Shown: positions 1 to 9,685, counted from the stretch's first letter. The stretch: DNA of 64,000 bases from Pirellulales bacterium (GCA_040901675.1 JBBDYJ010000026.1:32001-96000); one strand, 5' to 3'. Notes: generated by a model not told the origin, from the letters alone. Program-made: numbers and translations.

Positions 1-885
1 GTTGACAATGGTCCGCGGCAGGCGGCCGTTTTCGGGGCTGGTGATGATCGCGGCCAACTGCTCGACGCGCTGGTCCTTTGGGGCATCGGCGTGCAAGGCG
101 CCCAGCTCGGGGAAGAGGAAGCTGGTCTGGGCCATTTCGCCGGTCGGGCGATCGCAGCGGTGCATCTCGAGCGGCGTCTCGGCGAAGACGTTGGCCAGCC
201 CGTAAGCCTCGGCCAGCGTCCAGTGGTTGATGAAGCTGTCGTGGCAGGAAGCGCACTTGAGGTTGATGCCCAGGAAGATCTGCGAGACGTTCTGGGCGGC
301 TTGCACTTCGGGGACCTGGCTGGCGTTGACGACGCCCCGCCAGACGATGCCCTTGATAAAACCTTCGGAGGCGGGCGATGGGTCGATCAGCTCGCGCACG
401 AATTGGTCGTACGGCATGTTGTTCTCCAATGCCGCGTACAACCAATCGGTGATCTGCTTGCGTCCGCCGTCGATGTAGCCGGTGCCCCGGTAATCGTTGC
501 GCAGCGCGTCGTTCCAGAAGGTCAACCAATGCTCGGCGTACCGGCGGCGGTCGGCCAGCAGTGCATCGACCAGCCGCTCGCGTTTGTCGGGGCGGGAATC
601 GGCGACAAAGGCCTTTAATTCATCGGCCGACGGCACCAGGCCGATCGCGTCGAGATACACGCGGCGGGCAAACCTGGCCTCGTCGACCAGCCCGTCGGCG
701 GGCAATTTGTGTTCTTCGAAGTAGGGCGCCAGCAGGCGGTCGATGGGGTTGGTCGGTCCGGATTCCTCCGTGGCGGGCGGCAGCTCGGGCGGCCGCAGGG
801 CCAGGTCGCCGGTCTGGGCGGGCGCGTGGCGGGCGGCGAGGAGGAAGAGGAAAGGCAGAACGAAGAGCATTAGACGCTTGGACAT
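1..885 (-). CDS. DUF1549/DUF1553 (PSD1)-type planctomycete protein, runs off the left edge of the window
   Basis: Manual minus-strand translation from ATG at 885: MSKRLMLFVLPF...NPIDRLL...FARRVYLDAIGL...YAEHWLTFWNDALRND...PYDQFVRELI...FLGINLKCASCHD. These are DUF1549 hallmarks with a CxxCH. No stop codon before position 1. Confidence 0.85.
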   Translation of the reverse strand, partial: MSKRLMLFVLPFLFLLAARHAPAQTGDLALRPPELPPATEESGPTNPIDRLLAPYFEEHKLPADGLVDEARFARRVYLDAIGLVPSADELKAFVADSRPDKRERLVDALLADRRRYAEHWLTFWNDALRNDYRGTGYIDGGRKQITDWLYAALENNMPYDQFVRELIDPSPASEGFIKGIVWRGVVNASQVPEVQAAQNVSQIFLGINLKCASCHDSFINHWTLAEAYGLANVFAETPLEMHRCDRPTGEMAQTSFLFPELGALHADAPKDQRVEQLAAIITSPENGRLPRTIVN

Positions 886-960
886 CGGGAGCATTCTACA
901 AAAAGGGTGGCCGGCAGCAGCGGATTGGGCAGCTCCAAGGTATGACAGGTCGGGCCTGCT

Positions 961-990
961 ATTATAGCGCGCGGGGCAGGGGCGGGTCAA
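961..990 (-). promoter_or_regulatory. sigma70-type promoter for the DUF1549 gene
   Basis: Minus strand TTGACC (990-985), 18 bp spacer, TATAAT (966-961), ~75 bp upstream of the ATG at 885. Confidence 0.6.
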
Positions 991-1026
991 AAGGCAGAAG
1001 GCAGAAGGAGGAGGGAAGGTGGAAGA

Positions 1027-1077
1027 CTGGGGCACGCTACGACTCGACTGAGCTCGCCGAAGTCCGCTTTGCCCCAG
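1027..1077. repeat. REP-like palindrome carrying a 24-bp inserted palindrome
   Basis: CTGGGGCACGCTAC-[GACTCGACTGAGCTCGCCGAAGTC]-CGCTTTGCCCCAG. The same element without the insert is at 54373-54399. Confidence 0.7.
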
Positions 1078-1110
1078 GCACCCGGCGGCTACGAAGAGCG
1101 TAACGGCTAC

Positions 1111-1839
1111 TTAGCCGCGGCCGATGTAGAGCTGGTCGCGGGGCAGGACGATGGCTTCCAGCATCGCAACGTGGTCGGGCAGCGTGGCCATCAAGAGGGC
1201 CACCTGGGCGATCTCGTCGATGCTCATCATCGGCTCGGCGTCCTCGGACCGCTCGGTCAGCCGCCGCTCGACCTGGATGTTGCCGGGGTGCAGGCAACAA
1301 CAGGTGATGCCGTGCTCGCGTCCCTCCAGCGCGGTCACCTGCGTCAAGCCCCACAAGCCATGCTTCGAGGCGGAGTAGGCCGCCGACTCGGGGCGCACTC
1401 GCTGGGCCGAGATCGAGCCGATGTTGATGATCCGCCCAGAGCGGCGGGGCTTCATGATCCGCAGGGCGGCCCGCGTGCAGAGAAAGGGTGCCCGCAGATT
1501 GACGGCCAGCACCTTGTCCCAGGCCTCGGTGGAGAGCCGGTCGATCGGGCCGCCGTCGAAGGCGCCGGCGTTGTTCACCAGCAGGTCGAGCCCGTCGAAA
1601 CGCTCGACGGCGCGGGCAAACAGCGATTCCACCTGGCCCTCGTCGGTGATGTCGGCCGGCACGGCGAGCACCGGGGCGCCCAGGCCGGTCACTTCGTCCG
1701 CCGCCGCGTCGAGCTGGTCGCGGCTGCGGGCCACCAGCACCAGGGCGGCCCCTTCGCGTGCCAGGCCGCGGGCGATCCCCCTGCCGATGCCGCGGCCCGC
1801 GCCGGTTACAATTGCCACCTTGCCGTCGAGCTTTCCCAT
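1111..1839 (-). CDS. Short-chain dehydrogenase/reductase (SDR)
   Basis: TGAGRGIG Rossmann motif, NNAG, catalytic YSASK. Confidence 0.95.
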   Translation of the reverse strand: MGKLDGKVAIVTGAGRGIGRGIARGLAREGAALVLVARSRDQLDAAADEVTGLGAPVLAVPADITDEGQVESLFARAVERFDGLDLLVNNAGAFDGGPIDRLSTEAWDKVLAVNLRAPFLCTRAALRIMKPRRSGRIINIGSISAQRVRPESAAYSASKHGLWGLTQVTALEGREHGITCCCLHPGNIQVERRLTERSEDAEPMMSIDEIAQVALLMATLPDHVAMLEAIVLPRDQLYIGRG

Positions 1840-1856
1840 AGCGTATCAATCACCTG

Positions 1857-2309
1857 ATGAATAAGGCCTTTGTCAAAGAGGCGGACGACACCGGCACGGG
1901 GCATTGCCCGCGCTGCGGATCGCTCGGCACGCCGGTCGGCGCCGAGACGCTGGCCGCGCAGCTCACGCCCGATGCACGGCAGGGCCTGGCCGACGCGGCT
2001 TTCTTTTGTCCGTTCGCCCGCTGCCCGGTCGCGTATTTCGACTCGTTCGAGCGCGCGGTCGAGGCCGATCGGCTGGCCGTGGCAGTGTACCCGAAGGATC
2101 CGCAGGCGCCGATCTGTGGCTGCTTCGGCTTCACCGTGGAGGAGATTGAGCAGGACATCCGCGATGGGGGAGTCGAGCGCGTGAAGGGGCTGCTCGCCCG
2201 GTCCAAGGGTCGCGAGGCCGACTGCACCCGCCGCTCGCCCAGCGGCCAGTGCTGCATTGCCGAGGTGCAGCGATATTACATGAAACATAAGGAGAGAGGA
2301 AGTACTTAG
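1857..2309 (+). CDS. Cys-rich Zn/[2Fe-2S] metallochaperone-like protein (CopZ N-terminal zinc-binding/BFD-like)
   Basis: CPRCG, FCPFARCPVAYF, PICGCFG, C...PSGQCC motif set. Confidence 0.7.
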   Translation: MNKAFVKEADDTGTGHCPRCGSLGTPVGAETLAAQLTPDARQGLADAAFFCPFARCPVAYFDSFERAVEADRLAVAVYPKDPQAPICGCFGFTVEEIEQDIRDGGVERVKGLLARSKGREADCTRRSPSGQCCIAEVQRYYMKHKERGST

Positions 2310-2395
2310 GACTTGGCACTTGGCACTTGGGACTTGGCACTTGGGAGAAGATCCCGAAGCCGCAGCCCAAAGTACAAAGAACAAAGACCCAAGCA
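2304..2395. repeat. Heptamer tandem repeat (ACTTGGS-like x6) with a degenerate complementary heptamer run downstream
   Basis: acttagg acttggc acttggc acttggg acttggc acttggg (2304-2345), then ccaaagt acaaaga acaaaga cccaagc. Confidence 0.8.
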
Positions 2396-2474
2396 CCCGC
2401 CTCAGTATTTGACTTGGGCTCCCGGCCCAGCCAGAATCGGCGAGTTGCCTGCCCGCCTTCAAGGAGATGACCCC

Positions 2475-3839
2475 ATGCGACGGTTATTTGCGGTTTTGGC
2501 GGTTTTGGCGGCGGGGTGGTGGTGCGCGGCGGCAACGGCGGGCGAAGGGCTGCGGATCGCTACGTTCCAGGTCGATGCGACTCCGCCGCTGGGCTCGCCT
2601 CTGTGCGATGCCCTCGTGCCGGCCGGAACGGAAGTCGTCGACCCGCTGACCGCGCGGGGGATCGTGCTCTTGTCGGCCCAGGAGCCGATCGTGCTGTGCG
2701 CCGTCGATTGGGTCGGAATCGGAAATGGCGGCTACGACGCCTGGCGGGCCGCCCTGGCCAAGGCGGCCGGCACTACAGCCAGCCGCGTGGCCGTACACAC
2801 GCTGCACCAGCACGATGCGCCGGGCTGCGATTTCGAGGCCGAGGAGTTGCTGGCCTCGCGTGGCTTGTCCGGCACGATGTTCCACGTAGTGTTTGCCCGC
2901 CAAACCATCGAGCGTGCTGCCGAGGCGCTGCGCGAATCGATGAAGAATGCCCGCCCGGTCACTCACCTGGGCCTGGGGCGGGGCAGGGTCCAGGAGGTGG
3001 CGTCGAACCGGCGCGTGCTGGGCGACGACGGCAAGGTGAAGGCGGTGCGCTACAGCTCGTGCAAGGACCCGGCCGTGCGGGCCGAGCCGGAGGGAGTGAT
3101 CGACCCGGACGTGCGGCTGATCGCCTTCTACGACGGCGACACGCCGCTAGTCTCGCTGACCTACTACGCCACGCACCCGCAGAGCTACTACGGCCGGGGC
3201 GGCGTCAGCGCCGACTTCGTGGGCATGGCCCGCAAGTGGCGCGAGGACGCCGTGCCGCAGGTTGCGCACATCCATTTCAATGGAGCCGGCGGCAACGTGG
3301 CAGCCGGCAAGTATAACGACGGCTCGCCGGAGAACCGCCCGGTGTTGGCCGAACGCCTGGCCGAGGGGATGAAGGCGGCCTGGGAAGCGGTCGAGAAAAC
3401 GCCGCTGGACGCCTCGCAGATCGAGTGGCGCACGCGCGGCGTGCTGCTGCCGGCCAGCCCGCTGCTCGACGAAGAAAAGCTGATCGGCATCCTCGACAAC
3501 TCCGCGGCCGGCACGACGCAGCGGATCCGTGCGGCCCGCGACCTCGTCTGGCTCCGCCGCGTGAAGGCGGCTCAGCCGATCGAAGTGACCTGCCTGCGGT
3601 TGGGGCCGGCCTATGTCCTGCACCTGCCGGGCGAGCTGTTCGTCGAGTACCAGCTCGCCGCGGCCGAGATGCGGCCTGAGGCCCTGGTGGCCATGGCCGC
3701 CTACGGTGACTACGGCCCAGGTTACATCGGCACCACGATCGCTTACTCGCAAGGCGGCTACGAAACGGGCCCGGTCTCGCGGGTGGCGCCGGAGGTCGAG
3801 CCGGTGCTGCTGGACGCCTTGCGCGAATTGTTGAAGTAA
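2475..3839 (+). CDS. Secreted neutral/alkaline ceramidase-like metallohydrolase
   Basis: RBS aaggag before ATG 2475, signal peptide, HTLHQHDAP, YYATHP, GAGGNV, HLPGELFVEY motifs. Confidence 0.7.
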   Translation: MRRLFAVLAVLAAGWWCAAATAGEGLRIATFQVDATPPLGSPLCDALVPAGTEVVDPLTARGIVLLSAQEPIVLCAVDWVGIGNGGYDAWRAALAKAAGTTASRVAVHTLHQHDAPGCDFEAEELLASRGLSGTMFHVVFARQTIERAAEALRESMKNARPVTHLGLGRGRVQEVASNRRVLGDDGKVKAVRYSSCKDPAVRAEPEGVIDPDVRLIAFYDGDTPLVSLTYYATHPQSYYGRGGVSADFVGMARKWREDAVPQVAHIHFNGAGGNVAAGKYNDGSPENRPVLAERLAEGMKAAWEAVEKTPLDASQIEWRTRGVLLPASPLLDEEKLIGILDNSAAGTTQRIRAARDLVWLRRVKAAQPIEVTCLRLGPAYVLHLPGELFVEYQLAAAEMRPEALVAMAAYGDYGPGYIGTTIAYSQGGYETGPVSRVAPEVEPVLLDALRELLK

Positions 3840-3860
3840 CGAACCAACGAGACATCGGAC

Positions 3861-5963
3861 ATGTTGAAGCAACTCGCGCTGACTGCCGCGCTGATCGCAC
3901 TGGGCTCGGCGGCCGGCGTCGCTCAAGAGAACGGACCGGATACGCGCCGGGGCGACGAGATGATCGCCGCGTATTTCCGATCGGAGACGCGGTTATTGGC
4001 CGAGCGCTGCCTGGCCGGCATCGAAACGCTGGAGGATTGGACCTCGCGTCGCGAGGAGTACCGGCGGCAGTTGGCCGAAATGCTGGGCCTCGATCCGATG
4101 CCCGAGCGGACGGATCTCAAGCCAGTGGTCACCGGCAAGCTGGACCACGAAGCGTTCACGGTCGAGAACCTGCACTTCCAATCACGGCCCGGCTTGTACG
4201 TGACCGGCAACCTGTACCTGCCCAGGGGTCTCGACAAGCCGGCGCCGGCCGTGCTGTATGTCTGTGGGCACGCGGCGGTCAAGAAGGACGGCGTCAGCTA
4301 TGGCAACAAGACGCACTACCAGTTCCATCCCGCCTGGTTCGCCCGCAATGGATACGTCTGCCTGTCGATCGACACCATTCAGCTCGGCGAGATCGAGGGG
4401 CTGCACCACGGCACCTACCGGGAGGGGATGTGGTGGTGGAACTCGCGCGGCTACACGCCGGCCGGCGTGGAAGCCTGGAACGGCATCCGGGCCCTGGACT
4501 ACTTGGAAAGCCGGCCGGAGGTGGACGCCGAGCGACTGGGCATTACCGGCCGCTCAGGCGGCGGCGCCTACTCCTGGTGGGTGGCCGCCTTGGACGATCG
4601 CATCAAGGCGGCCGTGCCGGTGGCCGGCATCACCGACCTGGAAAACCACGTGATCGACGGCTGCGTCGAGGGGCACTGCGACTGCATGTACATGGTCAAC
4701 ACGTACCGCTGGGACTATGCCCAGGTGGCCGCGCTGGTCGCTCCCCGGCCGCTGTTGATCGCCAACACCGACAAGGATCCGATCTTCCCGCTGGACGGCG
4801 TGCAGCGGATCCATCAGAAGGTCCGCGAGATTTACCGGCTGTACGGTGCCGGCGACAAGCTCGGACTGCAGATCAGCGAAGGGCCGCACAAGGACACGCA
4901 GGAACTGCAGGTGGCGACGTTCCATTGGTTCAACCGGTTTTTGAAGCAAGAGGACCCACCGGTCGAGCAGACCGGCCTGTCGTTCTTCCAGCCGGAACAG
5001 CTCCGTGTCTTTGGTGATGGCCCGCCGGCCGACGAAATCACCAGCCGCATTCATGAAACTTTTACCCAGGCCGCCGCCGTGCCGGGCGAGCCACCGGCCG
5101 ACGCAGCCTCATGGGCGGCCTTGCGCGATGCGTGGATGGCCGCACTCAAGGAAAAATGCTTTGGCGGCTGGCCGGAGCAGCCCGCGGAGCTCCACGTCGA
5201 GCAGGCTTTTTCAGTCCAACGGGAGGGTATTCGCCTGACTGCGCTGGATTTCACGAGCCAGCCGGAGATCCGGCTGCGGCTGTACCTGGCCGAGCCGGCA
5301 AGCGGAGTCGAGCCTTCCGCCGTGGTCCTTTCGGTTGAATCCGACCGCGGATATTCGGGCGAATTCGCGGCGCTCTGCGACTTGTTCCCGGAGGAAATGA
5401 AAGAGGAGGGGCAAGGTGCCGGCGCGTTGGCTTTGGATGAGTTGCGGCTCCAGGTGGACAAAGCGCCCATGGCCTTTTTCGCCCCGCGCGGCCAGGGCCG
5501 CACTCGCTGGAACCAGGATGAGCGAAAGCAGGTCCAGATCCGGCGGCGGTTCATGCTGCTGGGGCAGACGCTGGCCGCCATGCAGGCCTGGGACATACGG
5601 CGGGCGATCCAGGCGCTCGGCTCGCTGGAGCAGTATCGAGAGGCGCCTGTTTCGATTGCAGCGGGGGAGATGCCGGTGCAGGCACTTTACGCGTCGCTGT
5701 TCGAGCCTCGCGTGGCCGCCTTGGATTTCGGCACGCTGCCCGCCACGCACCACGGAGCAGCCGACGTGCTCAACGTGCGGCGCTATCTCGACCTGCCGCA
5801 AGTGGTGGCCATGGCCGCCGAGCGGTGCAGCATCACGCTGGAGCGGATCGAGCCGGCGGGTTGGGAATATCCGGCGGCGGTCGCCACCCGCCTGGCCTGG
5901 CCGGCGGGGCAATTGTCGCTGGGCGAGGTGTCGCCTGAAAAACCGGAAGAAGTGCAACCATGA
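3861..5963 (+). CDS. Secreted alpha/beta hydrolase (acetyl xylan esterase/dienelactone hydrolase-like)
   Basis: Signal peptide, VLYVCGH, nucleophile elbow GRSGGG, APRPLLI; second degenerate hydrolase domain. Confidence 0.85.
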   Translation: MLKQLALTAALIALGSAAGVAQENGPDTRRGDEMIAAYFRSETRLLAERCLAGIETLEDWTSRREEYRRQLAEMLGLDPMPERTDLKPVVTGKLDHEAFTVENLHFQSRPGLYVTGNLYLPRGLDKPAPAVLYVCGHAAVKKDGVSYGNKTHYQFHPAWFARNGYVCLSIDTIQLGEIEGLHHGTYREGMWWWNSRGYTPAGVEAWNGIRALDYLESRPEVDAERLGITGRSGGGAYSWWVAALDDRIKAAVPVAGITDLENHVIDGCVEGHCDCMYMVNTYRWDYAQVAALVAPRPLLIANTDKDPIFPLDGVQRIHQKVREIYRLYGAGDKLGLQISEGPHKDTQELQVATFHWFNRFLKQEDPPVEQTGLSFFQPEQLRVFGDGPPADEITSRIHETFTQAAAVPGEPPADAASWAALRDAWMAALKEKCFGGWPEQPAELHVEQAFSVQREGIRLTALDFTSQPEIRLRLYLAEPASGVEPSAVVLSVESDRGYSGEFAALCDLFPEEMKEEGQGAGALALDELRLQVDKAPMAFFAPRGQGRTRWNQDERKQVQIRRRFMLLGQTLAAMQAWDIRRAIQALGSLEQYREAPVSIAAGEMPVQALYASLFEPRVAALDFGTLPATHHGAADVLNVRRYLDLPQVVAMAAERCSITLERIEPAGWEYPAAVATRLAWPAGQLSLGEVSPEKPEEVQP

Positions 5964-6970
5964 GATATGCTCTGGTCGCCGCAACGTTGTTCAGCCTGGC
6001 TGCACCGCTGCGGTCCGCTGAGATCGAAGTGACCGAGGACGATGAGCAGATCCGCATCGTTACGCCGCAGCTCGAGGCCGTCGTGCGCAAGCAAGGCTAC
6101 GTGAGCGGCGTGGCCGGCGGAGAATTTCTGGACAAGAAGACGGGCTTCCGCGACGCCGGCTTCGGCCTGGACATCGTCGATTGGATCATGGAACCGGGCA
6201 GCGACGAAGCCTATCGCGACCAGCTCCCCAGCGAGATGGTGTACCAGTTCGGAAACCTCTACCACGGCAACGTGGCCAAGCGGTCGATCGAAGGGCCGCA
6301 GATCTGCACGCAAGCCAAGCAGGTCGATAGCGAGATCATCCGGGGGAAGGACTTTGTGGCAGTCCGGCTGCGCTTCAACTACCGGACGGCGGCTCCGGGA
6401 AAAAAGACCGGCAGTCTCTGGACGCAGACGCTGGTTTTTCCCGCCGGCAAGCGATACTTCGTTTCCAGCGACCGGATCGACGCGGTGAACGACAGTCCGG
6501 CCATGTTCCTGCGGATCGACATGCCCGGCCACGTCAAGCACAACCAAGGCGACACCTTCAGCGAGATCTACTTGAGCTATGAGGGGAAGATCCCCGCCGG
6601 CGAGTTCAGCAGCGACTTTCCGCCCGACGCCCGCTTTCAGTACCGCCGAGACCACGACGAGATTCCGGACCGTTTCATCCGGGCCTATCACCTGCGCGAT
6701 ACGGCCAGCGGCCAGGCCGGTCCCTGGCTGGCGGGCATGACGCTGGACCCGGCCGACGTGATGGAAGCCTGGTGCCACCAGCGCGGCTACGTGTGCATGA
6801 TCGAGGAGTTCGGCGGGCGGCCCATCCGAGCCGGTGAGTCGTTCAGCGCCGCTTTCGTGGTGGGCTTCTTCGACTCGATCGACGAGATGCACCAGGTCTA
6901 CGACGAGCACCGCGGCCACTCGGGGCTGGATGTCGACGAGCAAGGCTGGAAGCTTCTCAAGGCAGAGTAA
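5960..6970 (+). CDS. Secreted hypothetical protein
   Basis: ATGA overlap with the upstream gene, signal peptide, typical high-GC codon usage. Confidence 0.75.
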   Translation: MRYALVAATLFSLAAPLRSAEIEVTEDDEQIRIVTPQLEAVVRKQGYVSGVAGGEFLDKKTGFRDAGFGLDIVDWIMEPGSDEAYRDQLPSEMVYQFGNLYHGNVAKRSIEGPQICTQAKQVDSEIIRGKDFVAVRLRFNYRTAAPGKKTGSLWTQTLVFPAGKRYFVSSDRIDAVNDSPAMFLRIDMPGHVKHNQGDTFSEIYLSYEGKIPAGEFSSDFPPDARFQYRRDHDEIPDRFIRAYHLRDTASGQAGPWLAGMTLDPADVMEAWCHQRGYVCMIEEFGGRPIRAGESFSAAFVVGFFDSIDEMHQVYDEHRGHSGLDVDEQGWKLLKAE

Positions 6971-6974
6971 TGCC

Positions 6975-7838
6975 ATGCCAGTCGAATCTCCCTGGATCAT
7001 CGAGACCAGCGACGCAACGTTTGACCGGGACGTGATCGAACGATCGCACGAGCTGCCGGTCGTCGTCGATTTTTGGGCCGCCTGGTGTCCTCCCTGCCGC
7101 GCGCTGGCCCCGATCCTGGAGAAGCTGGCCGTTGAAGCCAAGGGCGGTTTTCTGCTGGCCAAGGCGGACGTCGAACGGACGGGTGCGGCCGCCGCGCAGT
7201 TTCGCGTCGAGTCGATCCCGGCGGTATTCGGTTTGCGGGGCGGAGAAGTCGTGGATCAGTTTCTAGGGGCCCTGCCCGAGGAGCGGCTCCGCGCCTGGCT
7301 GGCCGGCCTGCAGCCAAGCCGGGTCGAGGTCCTGCTGGGCGAGGCGGCCCGGTTGGAAAACTCCGACCCGGCCGCTGCCGAAGCGCGGCTGCGAGAGGCC
7401 ATCGACTTGGATCCGCGTGAAGGGGCCGCCCGGATCGCGCTGGCACGGCTGCTGGCCGCCCGAGATCGGCTGGCCGAGAGCGAACAACTGCTCGAGGAGC
7501 TGGCCGCGCGTGGTTTTCTGGAGCCCGAAGCCGAGCGGTTGAAAGCCGAGGTAAGCCTGCGCCGCGCAGCCGGGGAAGTGGACAGTGTGGAGCAGTGCCG
7601 CACGGCCTTGGACCGCTCGCCCGGCGAACCGGGCCCGCGATGGGATCTGGCCCGGGCCCTGGCGGGAGCCGGCCGATATGGGGAAGCAATGGACCATTGC
7701 CTCGAGCTGGTCGCCAACGACCGGCATGGCCTGGGAGAAAAGGCCCGCCAACTGATGGTTGACATTTTTCAAGTACTGCCCCCCGATGACGAACTGTCGG
7801 CCACGTACCGCCGCAAGCTGTCGAGCGTTCTTTATTGA
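6975..7838 (+). CDS. cnoX: Thioredoxin-TPR chaperedoxin (YbbN/CnoX family)
   Basis: PVVVDFWAAWCPPC thioredoxin domain, TPR helices, C-terminal YRRKLSSVLY. Confidence 0.85.
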   Translation: MPVESPWIIETSDATFDRDVIERSHELPVVVDFWAAWCPPCRALAPILEKLAVEAKGGFLLAKADVERTGAAAAQFRVESIPAVFGLRGGEVVDQFLGALPEERLRAWLAGLQPSRVEVLLGEAARLENSDPAAAEARLREAIDLDPREGAARIALARLLAARDRLAESEQLLEELAARGFLEPEAERLKAEVSLRRAAGEVDSVEQCRTALDRSPGEPGPRWDLARALAGAGRYGEAMDHCLELVANDRHGLGEKARQLMVDIFQVLPPDDELSATYRRKLSSVLY

Positions 7839-7871
7839 ACTGGCGACAAACCGTTGATCGGCGGTGGGCCT

Positions 7872-8495
7872 TCAAGGCAGGCTCAGCCAGCGGGGCCACC
7901 AGTCGGCCGACCTGAGGTGGAGGGCGAGTTGAACGCCCAGCGGCACCCAGACCCAACGGGCCGCCCGCTGGCATTCCAGCCGCAAGCTCTTGACGCTGAC
8001 GGTAATCCTTTGGGGGGTGCGGAATCCGGAAAAGCGGGGGACAAAGCGAGGCACAGTCTCGCAGTAGCGCAGGTAGACATCGCCCAGCCGTTGCCGCAGG
8101 AACCGTTCTTCGGCCGGCACGGTGGCCATGGCATAAAACATGGCGACCAGTGAAACGCCGGCCGCCAGGGTCAGGCTGCCCAGCATGATCGCCGCCGACA
8201 TCGCGATCAGGCAGGTGCCAAGGTAGAGTGGATTGCGGCAGATCGAATAAGGTCCCTCGTGCACCAGCGACACGCCCTTGCGGCCGCCCACGTAGAGCGT
8301 GGCCCAAAATCTTACGGCGGCTCCGCAGAGGAAGACCAGCCAACCGGCGGTCTGCGTGCCCACGGGGCCCCAGGACGGCCACTCGATCAGGGGAGTTGAG
8401 GCGGCCACGGCGAGCCCGAAGGAGGCAGCCAGCGCGGCGCCCACGAAGCCGCGCGAGCGAAAGGCCCAGCTCGCCGCCATCTCGGCCTTCATCAT
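7872..8495 (-). CDS. Isoprenylcysteine carboxylmethyltransferase (ICMT/PEMT) family membrane protein
   Basis: LVHEGPYSICRNPLYLG and EERFL...G..Y..YC..VPRF motifs. Confidence 0.9.
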   Translation of the reverse strand: MMKAEMAASWAFRSRGFVGAALAASFGLAVAASTPLIEWPSWGPVGTQTAGWLVFLCGAAVRFWATLYVGGRKGVSLVHEGPYSICRNPLYLGTCLIAMSAAIMLGSLTLAAGVSLVAMFYAMATVPAEERFLRQRLGDVYLRYCETVPRFVPRFSGFRTPQRITVSVKSLRLECQRAARWVWVPLGVQLALHLRSADWWPRWLSLP

Positions 8496-8798
8496 ACGTT
8501 CTGTCTCCCGGCGCCTCGGTCGTTCTTAACGTTCAACGGTTACCCGCGGGTGCCCCACGCGCGGGGCGGCGATCGTAGCGGCTTGGGGCTGCGCGGGCAA
8601 GGTCGATGAAACCGTCCGGTCCCGGCCGGTCCCCAAGTCTGGGAGTGGCCGAAGAGAAGCCTTTGAGCCGCCGCGCTCGTGCAGGCGGATTGCATTTGGC
8701 AGGTGGCCTGCTACCCTTAGGGCGCTCGTCTCACTGTTTGGCGAGCTGCCACCCGAATGAGGTGGAGGGGTGCTGGAACCCATCCTAGGAGCCTAGTC

Positions 8799-9395
8799 AT
8801 GCGTCCACGATTCCCGACAGTTTCGATTGCTTCGCTATTGGTCCTGACGTTCGTCGGATGTGATACGGCTCCCCCCGCTGGTACCAATACGCCGGCCCCG
8901 ATGAAGCGCCAGGAACGGATGCTTTCCAAGGTTTCCGCAAGTCAGAAAGAAGCCGCGAAAGCCCTTGAAGCTTTGGGCGGCGAGGTGCAAATCAACGAAG
9001 AGGACGCCGACCCATTGATCCTGGCAGTCGACTTCAGCAACTCCCAAGTCACCGATGCCGACCTGGCGCAGCTCCAAGAGTTGCCGAGCATCGGGATCCT
9101 GGATTTCACGAACACGGCCATCACCGACGAGGGTCTCAAGCACCTGGCCAAGTATCCCAATCTCGTGATCCTTACTCTGTCGGACACCAAGGTGACCGAC
9201 GAAGGGATTGCCCAGGTGGCGAGTTTTACCAGCCTGAGGAGGCTGACTTTGCTCAACCTGCCAGTGACCGACGCGTCGATCGAGCATTTGAAAGCCTTGA
9301 AGCAGCTCGAGTCCCTGGTCATTCGCGGCACAAAGATTACGCCGGCAGGGGTGCAAGAGCTGAGAGACGCGCTTCCCGATCTGCAGGTCCACTAA
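8799..9395 (+). CDS. Leucine-rich-repeat lipoprotein
   Basis: Lipobox-like FVGC; repeats of L..L.L..T.ITD.GL.HL. Confidence 0.85.
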   Translation: MRPRFPTVSIASLLVLTFVGCDTAPPAGTNTPAPMKRQERMLSKVSASQKEAAKALEALGGEVQINEEDADPLILAVDFSNSQVTDADLAQLQELPSIGILDFTNTAITDEGLKHLAKYPNLVILTLSDTKVTDEGIAQVASFTSLRRLTLLNLPVTDASIEHLKALKQLESLVIRGTKITPAGVQELRDALPDLQVH

Positions 9396-9490
9396 GGAAC
9401 TTGGCAGCACAATTTTCGCCGATTGTCTATTATTTTCGTGGCCGAAACATTTCTACCCGCCTGGGGTTTTTGGTAGTGTGACCGTAGAGG

Positions 9491-9532
9491 CCCGCAATAC
9501 GGGCCCCAGGTCCCGCAATACAGGCCCCAGGT
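9491..9532. repeat. 21-bp tandem direct repeat upstream of the NosL-like operon
   Basis: cccgcaatacgggccccaggt / cccgcaatacaggccccaggt (1 mismatch). Confidence 0.75.
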
Positions 9533-9685
9533 TTCGGCGCGCACGGCTGCTTTTGCCTAGGTCTGGATTCAGAAGGATCTGAATCGCGATCGGAACTACG
9601 GGAGAATTGCTGGAGCCGCCGCCAATCAGGGCGGCGTTTACGTTTAGACGACCGGCACATCTAGACGACTGGCAGAGGGCGGCTA

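Noticed and set aside
8697..8712. Possible sigma54 box TGGCAGGTGGCCTGCT before the LRR lipoprotein
   Set aside because: GG-N10-GC spacing is right, but the match is weaker and no supporting enhancer or IHF site was seen; could be chance.
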